Both the position numbers and the translations under genes were made by a program. Under the pieces are notes generated by a model. That model did not search any database. It was given only the letters and a program-made list of their open reading frames with translations, and had not been told where the DNA came from. Below, one piece after another: positions 10,630-21,429 of a DNA stretch of 64,000 nucleotides; position 1 is the first letter of the stretch, and every line of letters begins with the position of its first letter. The DNA is from an uncultured Thiotrichaceae bacterium. Lineage in GTDB: Bacteria; Pseudomonadota; Gammaproteobacteria; SZUA-229. The stretch covers positions 156,939-220,938 of the forward strand of contig CAYTUK010000001.1 in NCBI GenBank assembly GCA_964441285.1. Reading direction: 5' to 3'.

Positions 10630-10842
10630 AATTTAAACAATGCCTTAATCTGAGTAGTAAATATTTTTATGGATACTGGCCAGGGTAACCTGTTAAGGTC
10701 ATATTAATATGCTGACAGTTATTTTTCTTGTGTTCTATATTTTGTATTCTATATAACTTATATTCTATATAATAGTGTTTAAGAAAAAGATCACGCATAG
10801 TTTTAGTCGAGTGCTACTAGTATAAGCCCTAAATTATCATTT

Positions 10843-11625
10843 TTGAGTATAGAATACAGTGTATCTATTATGAGTCAGCTAACGCGTATTAATTTTGAAC
10901 AATTAAAAGTTTCCTGTGTGGACTGCAGTTTACGCGAGTTGTGTTTCCCACATGGAATGACCAATGCTGAGATGAAGCAGTTGGGCAAGATTGTGAGCCA
11001 GCGTAACCCATTGCGCAAAAATGAAGCGCTGTATCATGATGGTGATACCGCGCAGGCGATTTATGCGGTGCGTTCGGGCAGCATTAAAACAGCGGCAGAA
11101 AGCATCAATGGTGATGAGCAAATTGTTGGTTTTCATTTATCTGGAGAGATGGTGGGGCTGGATGGTTTTAGAGATGGCACCCACTCCTGTACTGCTATCG
11201 CACTGGAAACAACCAGTGTTTGCGTGATATCGATGGATAAACTGGAGCAGCTTTGCCATGTAATGCCCGGCCTGCAGAAGCAGATGCGCCGGGTTATGGG
11301 GAAGGAAATTAGTGCGGATCATGGCATGTTGCTGATGTTAGGTAAAATGTCTGCAGAAGAGCGGCTGGCCAGCTTTTTGCTGAGCTTTTCACGGCGCATG
11401 GAAGAACGTAACTGGAAAGCTGACGAGTTCGTGTTAAGTATGCCGCGTCAGGATGTTGCCAATTATCTTGGTCTTGCGGTTGAAACGGTGAGCCGTCTGT
11501 TTGCACATTATCAGGACGAGGGACTTATTGCGGTTGATCGGCGTCGCATCAGTGTTCTGGATATGGCGCGGCTAAGATTGCTGGTTGGCGAACACGAGCC
11601 AAAAACGGTCGCAGATGCAAAATAG
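10843..11625 (+). CDS. fnr: FNR/Anr-type Crp-family oxygen-sensing transcriptional regulator
   Basis: N-terminal Cys cluster CVDCSLRELC plus a downstream Cys as in the [4Fe-4S] FNR; cNMP-binding fold; C-terminal HTH (ETVSRLF); alternative start at 10870. Confidence 0.85.
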   Translation: MSIEYSVSIMSQLTRINFEQLKVSCVDCSLRELCFPHGMTNAEMKQLGKIVSQRNPLRKNEALYHDGDTAQAIYAVRSGSIKTAAESINGDEQIVGFHLSGEMVGLDGFRDGTHSCTAIALETTSVCVISMDKLEQLCHVMPGLQKQMRRVMGKEISADHGMLLMLGKMSAEERLASFLLSFSRRMEERNWKADEFVLSMPRQDVANYLGLAVETVSRLFAHYQDEGLIAVDRRRISVLDMARLRLLVGEHEPKTVADAK

Positions 11626-11771
11626 ACTTTGTTAATGCGGTAAAGGTCTCTGTATCTAAATTCCTGTTCGCGTCACCATGTATTATAAAAAATTTAGCTT
11701 TATACAGCATGGATATACAATATTTACACATAAGAATTAACGGCGCCGCGGTGAGAACGCTTAAATCGCTC

Positions 11772-13160
11772 TCAGATGATTCTGGAATAGGCTTGCTGGA
11801 TTTCGTTGTCGTGTAAATAATGATCAAATTGCATACAGATGGAACGTGCAAGCAAGCGGCCTTTTGCCGTAATGCTCAAGTTTTCTGCGGTGAGTGTAAT
11901 CAGACCATCGTTAGCCATTTCATTGAGTTTGGGTATGGCGTCGCTAAAATAAGCTGGAAATTGTATGTCCCATTTGCGCTCCAGTCTTGCTATGTCGAGA
12001 AAGTTATTACACATAAGTTGATTAATGATCTCACGGCGCAGAATATCGTCAGGTTCCAGCTCGACACCACGAAATACAGCCAGTCGGTCTGCATTTAATC
12101 GGGTTTCATATTCGTCAATGCTACGAACGTTCTGGCCGTAATTATCTCCTACATGGCTGATTGCGGTGATACCCATCGCGATAATGTCACAGTTCGCATG
12201 GGTAGAATAGCCCTGAAAATTACGATGTAAAGTGCCATTTTGTTGGGCTTTTACCAGATCGTCAGTGCCTTTGGCAAAATGATCCATGCCGATATAGAAG
12301 TAACCGGCATGCTGTAATTTATCAATGGTTAATTGCAGGATAGTCAGTTTCTGTTCGGCAGAAGGCAGTGCGGCCTGGTTTATACGCCGCTGCGGTTTAA
12401 ACATCTCCGGCATGTGTGCGTAGTTGTAGACGGCAATTCGATCCGGGTTGGCGGCGATTACAGTATCCAGGGTTTTTTCAAAGCTTGTGGGTGTTTGTTC
12501 AGGCAGACCATACATTAAATCAATGTTAATGGATTCAAACTGGTTGTTTCGAGCTGACTGAATGGATTGCATAATCTGCTCGGTGCTGTGAATACGATTG
12601 ACGGCTTTTTGAACATTTTCGTCAAAATCCTGAACTCCAAAGCTGATTCGGTTAAATCCTAGCTGATGCAAATGTTTAATTCTATTTTCATCGACAGTAC
12701 GCGGGTCCACTTCAATACCGAATTCACCATTATTGGTCGTGATATGAAAATTCGCATGAAGACTCTCCATGAGCTCGGCAATTTCATCATCACTAAGAAA
12801 AGTGGGGGTGCCGCCGCCCCAGTGGATCTGTATAACCTCGCGGTCATCAACGAGCAGGCGACCTTGCATGGCAATTTCTTTTTTTAATAACTTTATATAG
12901 GGTGCCGCTTTGGTTTTGTCTCGGGTGACGATTTTACTGCAGCCGCAGTAGTAACAGATGGTGTCACAAAAAGGAATGTGCAGGTAAAGCGATAACTTGG
13001 CAGGGATAGGATCTTCATTGCTGACATCAATCCATGTCATGTAGTCAGTGTCATCGTGCTCGTTGGTGAACTGTTTTGCCGTGGGGTATGAAGTGTAACG
13101 TGGGCCAGCATAGTCATAACGCTGGATCAGCTTTTTATTAAACAGAATTTTATCGCTCAT
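11772..13160 (-). CDS. hemN: oxygen-independent coproporphyrinogen III oxidase (radical SAM)
   Basis: 462 aa; radical-SAM CxxxCxxC (CDTICYYC); HemN-type N-terminus (RYDYAGPRYTSYPTA). Confidence 0.9.
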   Translation of the reverse strand: MSDKILFNKKLIQRYDYAGPRYTSYPTAKQFTNEHDDTDYMTWIDVSNEDPIPAKLSLYLHIPFCDTICYYCGCSKIVTRDKTKAAPYIKLLKKEIAMQGRLLVDDREVIQIHWGGGTPTFLSDDEIAELMESLHANFHITTNNGEFGIEVDPRTVDENRIKHLHQLGFNRISFGVQDFDENVQKAVNRIHSTEQIMQSIQSARNNQFESINIDLMYGLPEQTPTSFEKTLDTVIAANPDRIAVYNYAHMPEMFKPQRRINQAALPSAEQKLTILQLTIDKLQHAGYFYIGMDHFAKGTDDLVKAQQNGTLHRNFQGYSTHANCDIIAMGITAISHVGDNYGQNVRSIDEYETRLNADRLAVFRGVELEPDDILRREIINQLMCNNFLDIARLERKWDIQFPAYFSDAIPKLNEMANDGLITLTAENLSITAKGRLLARSICMQFDHYLHDNEIQQAYSRII

Positions 13161-13309
13161 ACGTTTGCCTTTTGTTGGGTAACGGGTGTTTGCTTCTTTT
13201 GTTGTTGGAGATCGATCAGGTTGAAATCGAACTGCTTATCCAATAATTGACTTTGCTGCGTTAAATAATAAGAAACAGGCCAATATTACAGTTGATTCGC
13301 CGTTTCGAC

Positions 13310-13323
13310 TTGATCTATATCAA
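13310..13323. promoter_or_regulatory. FNR/Anr box TTGATCTATATCAA (perfect TTGAT-N4-ATCAA)
   Basis: Exact match to the FNR consensus in the hemN/ccoN divergent intergenic region, 150 bp upstream of the hemN start codon. Confidence 0.7.
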
Positions 13324-13753
13324 GTTACTTATTTTTCAGATTTTATATTATTAGGTACAGGTGATTAGTAGGCGTGCCCTATTATTCTGTGCAGATACGG
13401 GTAGTGATAAGACCTGTTTATAAATGGTTTCGTTTTAAACCCCTTGAATGAAAGGGGTAATAGTGTATGATTTACATGTTTTTTACAGATACGCGGTGTT
13501 TTTTACAGGTGCGTGGCGAAAAACTGGGGATAAAATGTGCTGGTCTAATGGATATGCCTGTACTCTAGTTGATTGATAGCTGTGGATTACAACACTGGCC
13601 GGTTGAAAATATTTAAGTAAAAAAATTATTTAAGTGTTTCTTGAGGTTAATTATAATAATATAGTGACTGAATTTTGAAGAAATAATGCTAGAATTCATT
13701 AATTCAAAATATACTGATAAACTAACACAATTAGGTGATGCGGAAAATTTATT

Positions 13754-15196
13754 ATGACTGATCAAACAATGATAAATAGTGATGATGTTTATAATTATCG
13801 GGTGGTTCGACAGTTTTCTATTATGACCATTGTACTGGGTATAGTTGCTATGTCAGTCGGTGTGCTCATTGCTTCACAACTGGCCTGGCCGGTGATGAAT
13901 TTTAATATTCCCTGGCTGACTTTCGGGCGTTTACGGCCTTTGCATACTAATGCTGCTGTTTTTGGCTTTGGGGGTTGTGCCTTATTTGCAACGTCCTATT
14001 ATGTTGTGCAACGTACCTGTCATGCCCGTTTGTTTGCGCCAGCGTTAGCAGAATTTACCTTCTGGGGCTGGATGTTGGTCATGTTGCTGGCGGTGATCAC
14101 ATTGCCCATGGGTTACACCACATCAAAAGAATATGCCGAGCTGGAATGGCCCATTGATATATTAATCGCCATTGTCTGGGTCGCGTATGCAGTCGTCTTC
14201 TTTGGCACGATTGCCAAGCGGCGGGTGAAGCATATTTATGTGGCAAACTGGTTTTTTGGTGCATTTATTATTACCGTAGCCCTGTTGCATGTGGTGAACA
14301 GCGCAGAGATTCCTGTTACTTTAACCAAATCCTATTCGGTTTATGCGGGGGTTCAGGATGCGATGGTGGAATGGTGGTACGGGCATAATGCAGTAGGTTT
14401 TTTACTGACGGCTGGCTTTCTCGGTATTATGTATTATTTTGTTCCAAAACAGGCGGAACGTCCGGTTTATTCTTATCGGCTCTCGGTTGTGCATTTCTGG
14501 TCATTGGCATTTACCTATATCTGGGCGGGGCCACATCATCTGTTATACACGGCATTGCCCGATTGGACGCAATCACTGGGGATGGTTTTTTCCCTGATTT
14601 TATTGGCACCTTCCTGGGGTGGCATGATCAACGGCATTATGACTCTGTCAGGTGCATGGGAGAAATTGCGGGATGACCCGATTCTTAAATTTTTGATTGT
14701 ATCGATTTCTTTCTATGGTATGTCAACTTTTGAAGGGCCGATGATGGCGATTAAGACGGTGAATGCTTTGTCGCATTATACTGACTGGACAATTGGTCAC
14801 GTTCATTCTGGAACTCTGGGTTGGGTAGGGATGATTACTATTGGTTCAATGTATTACCTGATTCCAAAACTGTTTGGCACCAAAATATATAGCAAAAAGT
14901 TAATTGAAACCCATTTCTGGGTGGCCACGGTTGGTATTGTGTTGTATATAACCTCAATGTGGATTTCAGGTATTATGCAGGGTTTAATGTGGCGAGCAAC
15001 AAATAGCGACGGTACGCTGACATACAGCTTTGTTGAAGCCGTTCAGGCAACACATCCATTTTATGTTATCCGTCTCAGTGGCGGCATCCTGTACCTGTCG
15101 GGTATGTTCATCATGGCTTATAACATATTCAAAACTACGGTCAGAGGTAAAGCAGTCAATAACGCGCTGATTCCAACACCTGTCATGGCGCATTAA
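13754..15196 (+). CDS. ccoN: cbb3-type cytochrome c oxidase subunit I
   Basis: 480 aa; 12-TM haem-copper oxidase; conserved [10 protein letters not shown] and His ligands. Confidence 0.95.
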   Translation: MTDQTMINSDDVYNYRVVRQFSIMTIVLGIVAMSVGVLIASQLAWPVMNFNIPWLTFGRLRPLHTNAAVFGFGGCALFATSYYVVQRTCHARLFAPALAEFTFWGWMLVMLLAVITLPMGYTTSKEYAELEWPIDILIAIVWVAYAVVFFGTIAKRRVKHIYVANWFFGAFIITVALLHVVNSAEIPVTLTKSYSVYAGVQDAMVEWWYGHNAVGFLLTAGFLGIMYYFVPKQAERPVYSYRLSVVHFWSLAFTYIWAGPHHLLYTALPDWTQSLGMVFSLILLAPSWGGMINGIMTLSGAWEKLRDDPILKFLIVSISFYGMSTFEGPMMAIKTVNALSHYTDWTIGHVHSGTLGWVGMITIGSMYYLIPKLFGTKIYSKKLIETHFWVATVGIVLYITSMWISGIMQGLMWRATNSDGTLTYSFVEAVQATHPFYVIRLSGGILYLSGMFIMAYNIFKTTVRGKAVNNALIPTPVMAH

Positions 15197-15247
15197 ACCG
15201 TTGACTACCGTAATTTTCATAATTGAATTAAGCAGGAGATAAAATAT

Positions 15248-15862
15248 ATGTCGACACTTCAGGAGAATGTGGAAACTAAAGTTGGGTTTTTGATTACGTT
15301 TACGCTGGTTGTTGTTTTGTGGGGAGGACTGGCGCTTATTGTTCCGCTATTTTTTCAGAATTCGACAACAACCCCCGTCGAAGGTTTAAAACCCTATACC
15401 GCGTTACAGCTTGAGGGGCGCGATATTTATATTCGTGAAGGTTGTGTGGGCTGTCATTCTCAGATGATACGGCCTTTTCGTGCAGAAACTGAGCGTTATG
15501 GGCATTACTCGGTAGCGGGTGAATTTGTTTATGACCGACCCTTCTTATGGGGGTCTAAACGGACAGGGCCTGATCTGGCACGTATCGGTGGTCGCTATTC
15601 CGATGCCTGGCATCGTATCCATCTGAATGATCCTCGCGATGTTGTGCCCGAGTCCATTATGCCTAATTTCCCCTGGTTATTGACAAATAACCTGGACGGT
15701 AGCGACATACAGGCAAAGATGCGCGCATTAAGAGAATTGGGAACACCTTACACGGATGAACAAATTAAAAATGCACCGGCTAAGCTCAAAGGCAAGAAAG
15801 AAATTGACGCTGTTATTGCCTATCTGCAGTCTTTAGGGACGCATGTGAAAACAACGCGGTAG
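15248..15862 (+). CDS. ccoO: cbb3-type cytochrome c oxidase subunit II (monohaem)
   Basis: 204 aa; N-terminal TM; CxxCH (CVGCHS). Confidence 0.9.
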   Translation: MSTLQENVETKVGFLITFTLVVVLWGGLALIVPLFFQNSTTTPVEGLKPYTALQLEGRDIYIREGCVGCHSQMIRPFRAETERYGHYSVAGEFVYDRPFLWGSKRTGPDLARIGGRYSDAWHRIHLNDPRDVVPESIMPNFPWLLTNNLDGSDIQAKMRALRELGTPYTDEQIKNAPAKLKGKKEIDAVIAYLQSLGTHVKTTR

Positions 15863-15868
15863 TTACTT

Positions 15869-16081
15869 ATGCATAATTCTATACTTATACAGTCTGTATG
15901 GACGGTTCTTGCCTTTGTTATCTTTATTGGGATTGTTATCTGGGCATGGAGTGGTCGGCGTGAAAAAGATTTCGATAAAGCCGCACGTATGGCGCTGGAT
16001 GAAGATAAAAATAATAACGACGATAATAGCAATAACAAAGATAACGCAGTGGATGAACAAAGCAGTAAACACTCTTCATAG
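15869..16081 (+). CDS. ccoQ: cbb3-type cytochrome c oxidase subunit CcoQ
   Basis: 70 aa; single TM (VWTVLAFVIFIGIVIWAWSG) then KDFDKAARMALDED as in CcoQ; Asn/Asp-rich low-complexity tail. Confidence 0.75.
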   Translation: MHNSILIQSVWTVLAFVIFIGIVIWAWSGRREKDFDKAARMALDEDKNNNDDNSNNKDNAVDEQSSKHSS

Positions 16082-16176
16082 CGTGTTGAAGGACGTTTTT
16101 CAAGTAAGTGACACATATTTAAAGTGGCACATATTTAATAAGTAATACATATTTAATTAGGGTATGAGGAATCATT

Positions 16177-17094
16177 ATGTCTGACTTTACAAGTCCATTT
16201 TGGAGTTGGTATATTATGGCGATAGCAGGTGGTGGTATCATCTGGTTGCTTTTTTTACTGCGTGGTAATTCAAAAATGACAGGTAAGGTGGGTGAGCCGA
16301 CGGGTCATGTTTGGGATGAAGACCTGGAGGAGCTAAATAACCCTCTACCTCGCTGGTGGCTGGTCATGTTCTATGGGGCCATTTTTTTTGGTATTGGTTA
16401 TCTTATATTGTACCCTGGTATGGGATCATACAAAGGGCTGCTGAAATGGACTGAAGTAGGCCAATACAACACCGAAATGGCTACGGCGAAAGCTAAATAT
16501 GATCCCTTGTTTGACAAATTTCTTAAAGAAGACCTTGCGACACTTGCGAAGAATAAACAGGCGTTAAAAATTGGGGGACGCCTATTTGTTACCTATTGTG
16601 CAGTTTGTCATGGTTCTGATGCGCGTGGCGCGCGAGGGTTTCCTAATTTACGGGATAATGATTGGTTGTATGGTGGTGAACCTAACACAATTCAAACCAC
16701 GATTTTATATGGTCGACAAGGTACAATGCCCGCCTGGGAAGGTCCATTGGGTGGCATGAAAGGTGTCGATGCGGTGGCTAATTATGTAATGAGCCTTTCA
16801 GGGAGAAAAGTGAATAAGAAACTGGCTGCTGAGGGAAAGGTGAAATTTGATATGTTTTGTGTAGGCTGTCATGGCCGTAATGGTAAAGGCAGCTATTTAA
16901 ATAATATTCCAGGTATTGGAGCGCCTAATTTGACCGATAATATCTGGTTGTTTGGTGGTTCAGCTCACACCATTGAAAGAACCATAGCAAAAGGGCGTAC
17001 AGGTAAGATGCCTGCACATAAAGACTTTTTGGGTAAAGCAAAAGTGCATATTTTGGCAGCGTATATTTATAGTTTGTCACACCAAGCGAAATAA
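16177..17094 (+). CDS. ccoP: cbb3-type cytochrome c oxidase subunit III (dihaem)
   Basis: 305 aa; two CxxCH motifs (CAVCHG, CVGCHG); N-terminal TM. Confidence 0.9.
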   Translation: MSDFTSPFWSWYIMAIAGGGIIWLLFLLRGNSKMTGKVGEPTGHVWDEDLEELNNPLPRWWLVMFYGAIFFGIGYLILYPGMGSYKGLLKWTEVGQYNTEMATAKAKYDPLFDKFLKEDLATLAKNKQALKIGGRLFVTYCAVCHGSDARGARGFPNLRDNDWLYGGEPNTIQTTILYGRQGTMPAWEGPLGGMKGVDAVANYVMSLSGRKVNKKLAAEGKVKFDMFCVGCHGRNGKGSYLNNIPGIGAPNLTDNIWLFGGSAHTIERTIAKGRTGKMPAHKDFLGKAKVHILAAYIYSLSHQAK

Positions 17095-17109
17095 GTGTAT
17101 ATTGAGTCC

Positions 17110-17403
17110 ATGGATGGAATACCCCCTGTACAGCGTATTATTGCGATACTCTGGCCGTCTTTTATAACGGCAGGTATTGCGACCGTGTTGTTTACGGTCG
17201 CATTTGATCCGGTCATTGTTTTCCCCGATAAGGATCTTGGGCGTATAGGTCTCTATGGTATCTGTTTCTTTCTCTTCTGGTTGTTTGGTGCGTTTACCGC
17301 TGCGGCTACATGTTATAGCCTGAAGCCCTGTAGTACGATAAATAACAGTACGATAAATAGCAGTGCGACAAATAAAGTCGGCGTTAAAAAAACGCGGGCT
17401 TGA
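17110..17403 (+). CDS. hypothetical small membrane protein, 2 predicted TM helices, in the cco operon
   Basis: ORF immediately after the ccoP stop; hydrophobic stretches IIAILWPSFITAGIATVLFTVAF and IGLYGICFFLFWLFGAFTAAA; no family recognised; the frame opens at GTG 17095. Confidence 0.4.
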   Translation: MDGIPPVQRIIAILWPSFITAGIATVLFTVAFDPVIVFPDKDLGRIGLYGICFFLFWLFGAFTAAATCYSLKPCSTINNSTINSSATNKVGVKKTRA

Positions 17404-17559
17404 GGCAGCGGTTGAAAGAAATACCGGCAACGATAGCGTAGTAGATGATCGCAGCAGACAACTTAAATTAACTAAATCTTAAAACTAAATCTATATTCTT
17501 ACTGTGTGCAGTGGGTTCTATTGTACGCAACAACAACAGCATTAGGTAATATTCTGACT

Positions 17560-18963
17560 ATGAATCAAAATGATAGCGCTGCTGACGACGATGTTGAGCA
17601 GTCGCTTTATGCCAAGCGCCAGAAAATTTATCCGCGCGAGGTGCATGGCCTATTTGCTGCACTGCGCTCATTTGGTGTATTAACTTTATTAGGTTTGTAC
17701 TACATTCTGCCGTGGTTACAATTGGATCATCGGCAAGCGATACTGTTTGACTTACCTGATCGTAAATTCTATATTTTCAATATAATTTTCTGGCCACAGG
17801 ATTTTTTCTATCTGGCTTTATTATTAATTATTGCTGCACTGGGTTTGTTTTTTGTTACTGCGCTTGCCGGGCGTGTCTGGTGTGGTTACAGCTGTCCACA
17901 AACGGTCTGGACCGAAGCTTTTTTATGGATTGAGCGTAAAGTTGAGGGCACGCGCCAAACACAGATGAAGCTTGATAGGGCCGAAAATTCATTCCGCAAG
18001 TTTCGCCTTAAAGTCACGAAGCACCTTATATGGATTATATTTTCACTGTATACCGGAGTAACCTTTGTCGGCTATTTTTCGCCTATACGTGAACTCACAG
18101 TAGAGTTTTTGACGCTGAACATAGGACCGTGGCAAGCTTTTTGGATATTTTTCTATGGTTTTGCAACCTATGGTAATGCCGGTTGGCTGAGGGAACAGGT
18201 TTGTATGTATATGTGCCCTTATGCGCGGTTTCAGAGCACGATGATGGACAGGGACACGATGATTATTTCTTTTGATGAATCGCGCGGTCTGCCAAAAGGT
18301 TCACGCAAGAAAGGTCTGGATAAAGACACGCTGGGTTTGGGTGATTGTATCGACTGTACCATCTGTGTGCAGGTTTGTCCGACAGGTATTGATATTCGTG
18401 ATGGGTTGCAATACCAGTGTATCGGTTGTGCGGCCTGTATTGATGCCTGTGATGATGTGATGGATAAAATGGGTTATGAGCGAGGCCTGATTCGTTATAC
18501 AACAGAGAACTCTCTAAATGGGAGCGTGACGCATGTTTTACGCCCACGGGTCATTATCTATGCGATTATTCTTTCTGCTATGACCTTTGGTGCCTTTTAC
18601 TCCATTTTTGAGCGCAAACCGATAGCCTTGGATGTTATACGTGATCGCAACACCCTGTTTCGAGAAACCAATGCGGGTTTAATTGAAAATGTCTATATAT
18701 TAAAAATAATGAACATGGACAATAAGCCACACGATTATCGATTATCGGTCGCTGGGCCGAATAACCCTATTCTGAAAAAGGATGTTAAGGTAGTGCATGT
18801 TGCTAGCGGTAAAGTGCTGGATCTTCCTGTCCGAGTGCAGGTTGATGAGGATAATATTAAAACCCGTAGCACGCAGATAGAATTTAAAGCCTCTGCGATA
18901 GGTGATCCAGGAAAATTAACGGTAACACAAAAAGCCCGGTTTCTCGGGCCTATTGATCAATAA
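17560..18963 (+). CDS. ccoG: cytochrome c oxidase accessory protein CcoG/FixG (polyferredoxin)
   Basis: Two 4Fe-4S ferredoxin motifs (CIDCTICVQVCP, CIGCAACIDACD); upstream CGYSCPQ; the ORF caller starts at 17506, but ATG 17560 fits CcoG N-termini better. Confidence 0.85.
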   Translation: MNQNDSAADDDVEQSLYAKRQKIYPREVHGLFAALRSFGVLTLLGLYYILPWLQLDHRQAILFDLPDRKFYIFNIIFWPQDFFYLALLLIIAALGLFFVTALAGRVWCGYSCPQTVWTEAFLWIERKVEGTRQTQMKLDRAENSFRKFRLKVTKHLIWIIFSLYTGVTFVGYFSPIRELTVEFLTLNIGPWQAFWIFFYGFATYGNAGWLREQVCMYMCPYARFQSTMMDRDTMIISFDESRGLPKGSRKKGLDKDTLGLGDCIDCTICVQVCPTGIDIRDGLQYQCIGCAACIDACDDVMDKMGYERGLIRYTTENSLNGSVTHVLRPRVIIYAIILSAMTFGAFYSIFERKPIALDVIRDRNTLFRETNAGLIENVYILKIMNMDNKPHDYRLSVAGPNNPILKKDVKVVHVASGKVLDLPVRVQVDEDNIKTRSTQIEFKASAIGDPGKLTVTQKARFLGPIDQ

Positions 18964-18993
18964 CGCATTTTCTGTAAAGAATAAAAAACGATT

Positions 18994-19605
18994 ATGAATA
19001 GTCTAACAATGAATCAAACTAAACCCTGGTATCGTCTTCCACTGGTGTGGATGCTGATACTTATCCCTTTCTCCGCCGTTGTTTCGGGTGTGATTATACT
19101 GTGGTTTGCCATCGACACCAATGATGGATTGGTGGTTGATGATTATTATCAGGAGGGGTTGGCGATTAACCAGGTCATCGAAAGGGATGATGCCGCAACA
19201 CGCTTGCATATCGAGGCCAAACTGGAATATAACAATGCAACCCGTGTGGTAAAGCTAACTTTTAATAAAGGCTTGCTGAAGAGTTATCCAGCGACGATAC
19301 AGTTGCACATTAAACATGCGACACTGGCTAAAAAAGATCATAAGGCCGTTTTACAACGTGGTATCAGCAGCGCAACTTCTGGAAAATACCAGGGTATATT
19401 GTCAAGGCCATTAATCAATGGTTACTGGTATTTTCAAATCAGCAACAACCGGATTCATTATACTGAAAGCACGGGCAATAAAGCCAATAAAAGAGTGGCG
19501 GCTAAAAAGGATCATAATAACTGGCGTCTAACCAAACGCTTTAAAGTAACTCAGGCGTTTAGTTTTATGTTGAAACCGTTGCCAAAAACAGCGGCGACAC
19601 CTTAA
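18994..19605 (+). CDS. ccoH: FixH/CcoH family protein
   Basis: 203 aa; N-terminal TM then DDYYQEGLAINQ motif of FixH; positioned after ccoG. Confidence 0.75.
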   Translation: MNSLTMNQTKPWYRLPLVWMLILIPFSAVVSGVIILWFAIDTNDGLVVDDYYQEGLAINQVIERDDAATRLHIEAKLEYNNATRVVKLTFNKGLLKSYPATIQLHIKHATLAKKDHKAVLQRGISSATSGKYQGILSRPLINGYWYFQISNNRIHYTESTGNKANKRVAAKKDHNNWRLTKRFKVTQAFSFMLKPLPKTAATP

Positions 19606-19606
19606 C

Positions 19607-19627
19607 CCGCAACCTGCGGATTATTTA
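19607..19627 (+). terminator. candidate intrinsic terminator after ccoH
   Basis: Short hairpin CCGCA-ACC-TGCGG followed by ATTATTT; weak. Confidence 0.3.
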
Positions 19628-19730
19628 ATCACTCCTCGGGTTCAGCCGCTTTCCACATGTGTGTTGCCCGTGTTGCCTAATCGTTGGCGAAGTGGGTTTG
19701 TTCATTCTACACGGTGTAATAATTTGTGAC

Positions 19731-21302
19731 TTAATGGCGAAAATGGCGCATGCCGGTAAAGACCATAGCCATACCATGTTCGTTTGCAGCGGCAATTACT
19801 TCGTTATCGCGCATTGATCCACCCGGTTGGATAACAGCAACAATACCGGCATCGTGGGCAGCATCAATGCCGTCTCGAAACGGGAAAAAAGCATCGGATG
19901 CCATCACTGAACCGGGTACTTTAAGGTTCGCATATTCTGCTTTAATGCCAGCAATACGCGCACTATTGATGCGACTCATTTGTCCAGCACCGATCCCAAT
20001 GGTTGTGTCGTCCCGGCCATAGACAATGGCATTGGATTTAACAAATTTGGCAATTTTCCAGCTAAATAGTAGATCGTTCATCTGTTGTTGATCAGGTTGG
20101 TGTTCGGTGACAACGTTTAGTTTGTTATAAAGCAGCAGGTCAGCATCCTGTACCAGTAGACCGCCATTAACCCGCTTAAAATCAATCCGCTGATTGTCAG
20201 GCTTCCATTGGCCACATTTAAGTAATCGAATGTTTTTCTTTTCTGCAACGGTGTCTATGGCGGTTTGGCTTATTGATGGTGCGATGATCACTTCGACAAA
20301 CTGGCGCTGAATAATGGCCTTTGCGGTTGCTCCGTCCAGTTCACGATTAAAGGCGATGATACCGCCAAATGCCGATTCAGGGTCAGTGCTATACGCTGCA
20401 TCATAGGCCTCCATGATTGAACCACGGACGGAAACGCCACAGGGATTAGCGTGTTTGACAATAACACAGGCGGGCTCGTCAAACTGTTTAACGCACTCCA
20501 GTGCGGCATCTGTATCGCCAATATTATTGTAAGAAAGTGCTTTTCCCTGAATTTGTTGTGCAGTGGCGATGCAGGCTTCAGCAGGATTTTTTTCCGTGTA
20601 AAAGGCAGCATTCTGGTGCGGATTCTCACCATAACGCATTTCCTGCGTTTTATTGAATTGCAGGTTAATGGTACGCGGGAACGTATCTTTGCTGCCATCA
20701 GTATGCAGGCGGCCAAGGTAGTTGGCAATCATGCCATCGTAGGCAGCGGTGTGCTCGAAAGCTTTAACGGCAAGGTCGAAACGTGTTGCGTTGCTCACAC
20801 AGCCATTATTTTTGGACAGATCATGTAGCACTTTTTTATAGTCGTCTGGATCAACGACAACACTGACATAGGCATGATTCTTGGCACTGGCCCGTACCAT
20901 CGCGGGGCCGCCAATGTCGATATTTTCAATGGCATCATCAAAACTGCAATCTTGTTTAGCAATAGTGGCTTCGAATGGGTATAAATTAACGACCACTAAA
21001 TCGATAGGTGCGATATCGTTATCTTTCATGACGGACTCATCTGTGCCTCGACGCCCCAAAATACCACCATGAATTTTAGGATGCAGAGTTTTGACCCGAC
21101 CATCCATAATTTCCGGGAATCCGGTATGCCTGGAAACTTCAAGTACCGGAATAAAATTATCGAGTAATGTTTTTGCAGTGCCACCAGTTGAAAGTATTTC
21201 TATGCCCTGCTCATGCAGCGTTCTGGCAAATTCTATGATGCCGGTTTTGTCAGATACACTGATGAGTGCGCGGCGTATGGGATACGATTGGGAATCTGTC
21301 AT
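19731..21302 (-). CDS. purH: bifunctional AICAR formyltransferase / IMP cyclohydrolase
   Basis: 523 aa; highly conserved PurH throughout ([11 protein letters not shown]...; C-terminal AICARFT domain). Confidence 0.95.
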   Translation of the reverse strand: MTDSQSYPIRRALISVSDKTGIIEFARTLHEQGIEILSTGGTAKTLLDNFIPVLEVSRHTGFPEIMDGRVKTLHPKIHGGILGRRGTDESVMKDNDIAPIDLVVVNLYPFEATIAKQDCSFDDAIENIDIGGPAMVRASAKNHAYVSVVVDPDDYKKVLHDLSKNNGCVSNATRFDLAVKAFEHTAAYDGMIANYLGRLHTDGSKDTFPRTINLQFNKTQEMRYGENPHQNAAFYTEKNPAEACIATAQQIQGKALSYNNIGDTDAALECVKQFDEPACVIVKHANPCGVSVRGSIMEAYDAAYSTDPESAFGGIIAFNRELDGATAKAIIQRQFVEVIIAPSISQTAIDTVAEKKNIRLLKCGQWKPDNQRIDFKRVNGGLLVQDADLLLYNKLNVVTEHQPDQQQMNDLLFSWKIAKFVKSNAIVYGRDDTTIGIGAGQMSRINSARIAGIKAEYANLKVPGSVMASDAFFPFRDGIDAAHDAGIVAVIQPGGSMRDNEVIAAANEHGMAMVFTGMRHFRH

Positions 21303-21429
21303 GATTTTGCCTTTGGTGTTATTGACCTAAATATCGGAAAGGCGGAAATTATAGCCGATTGTGCTGCTGAATGAAAAATGCACGCGCATCCAGGCGGATA
21401 AAATTAAGGCTGATTTAAGTGGCCGAGGC

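Noticed and set aside
15820-16145. Three overlapping ORFs (15820-16116 minus, 15863-16072 minus, 15909-16145 plus) around ccoQ
   Set aside because: They are generated by the AT-rich, Asn/Asp-codon low-complexity tail of ccoQ. The plus-strand ccoQ frame has the recognisable CcoQ TM and KDFDKAA motif; the others have no features.
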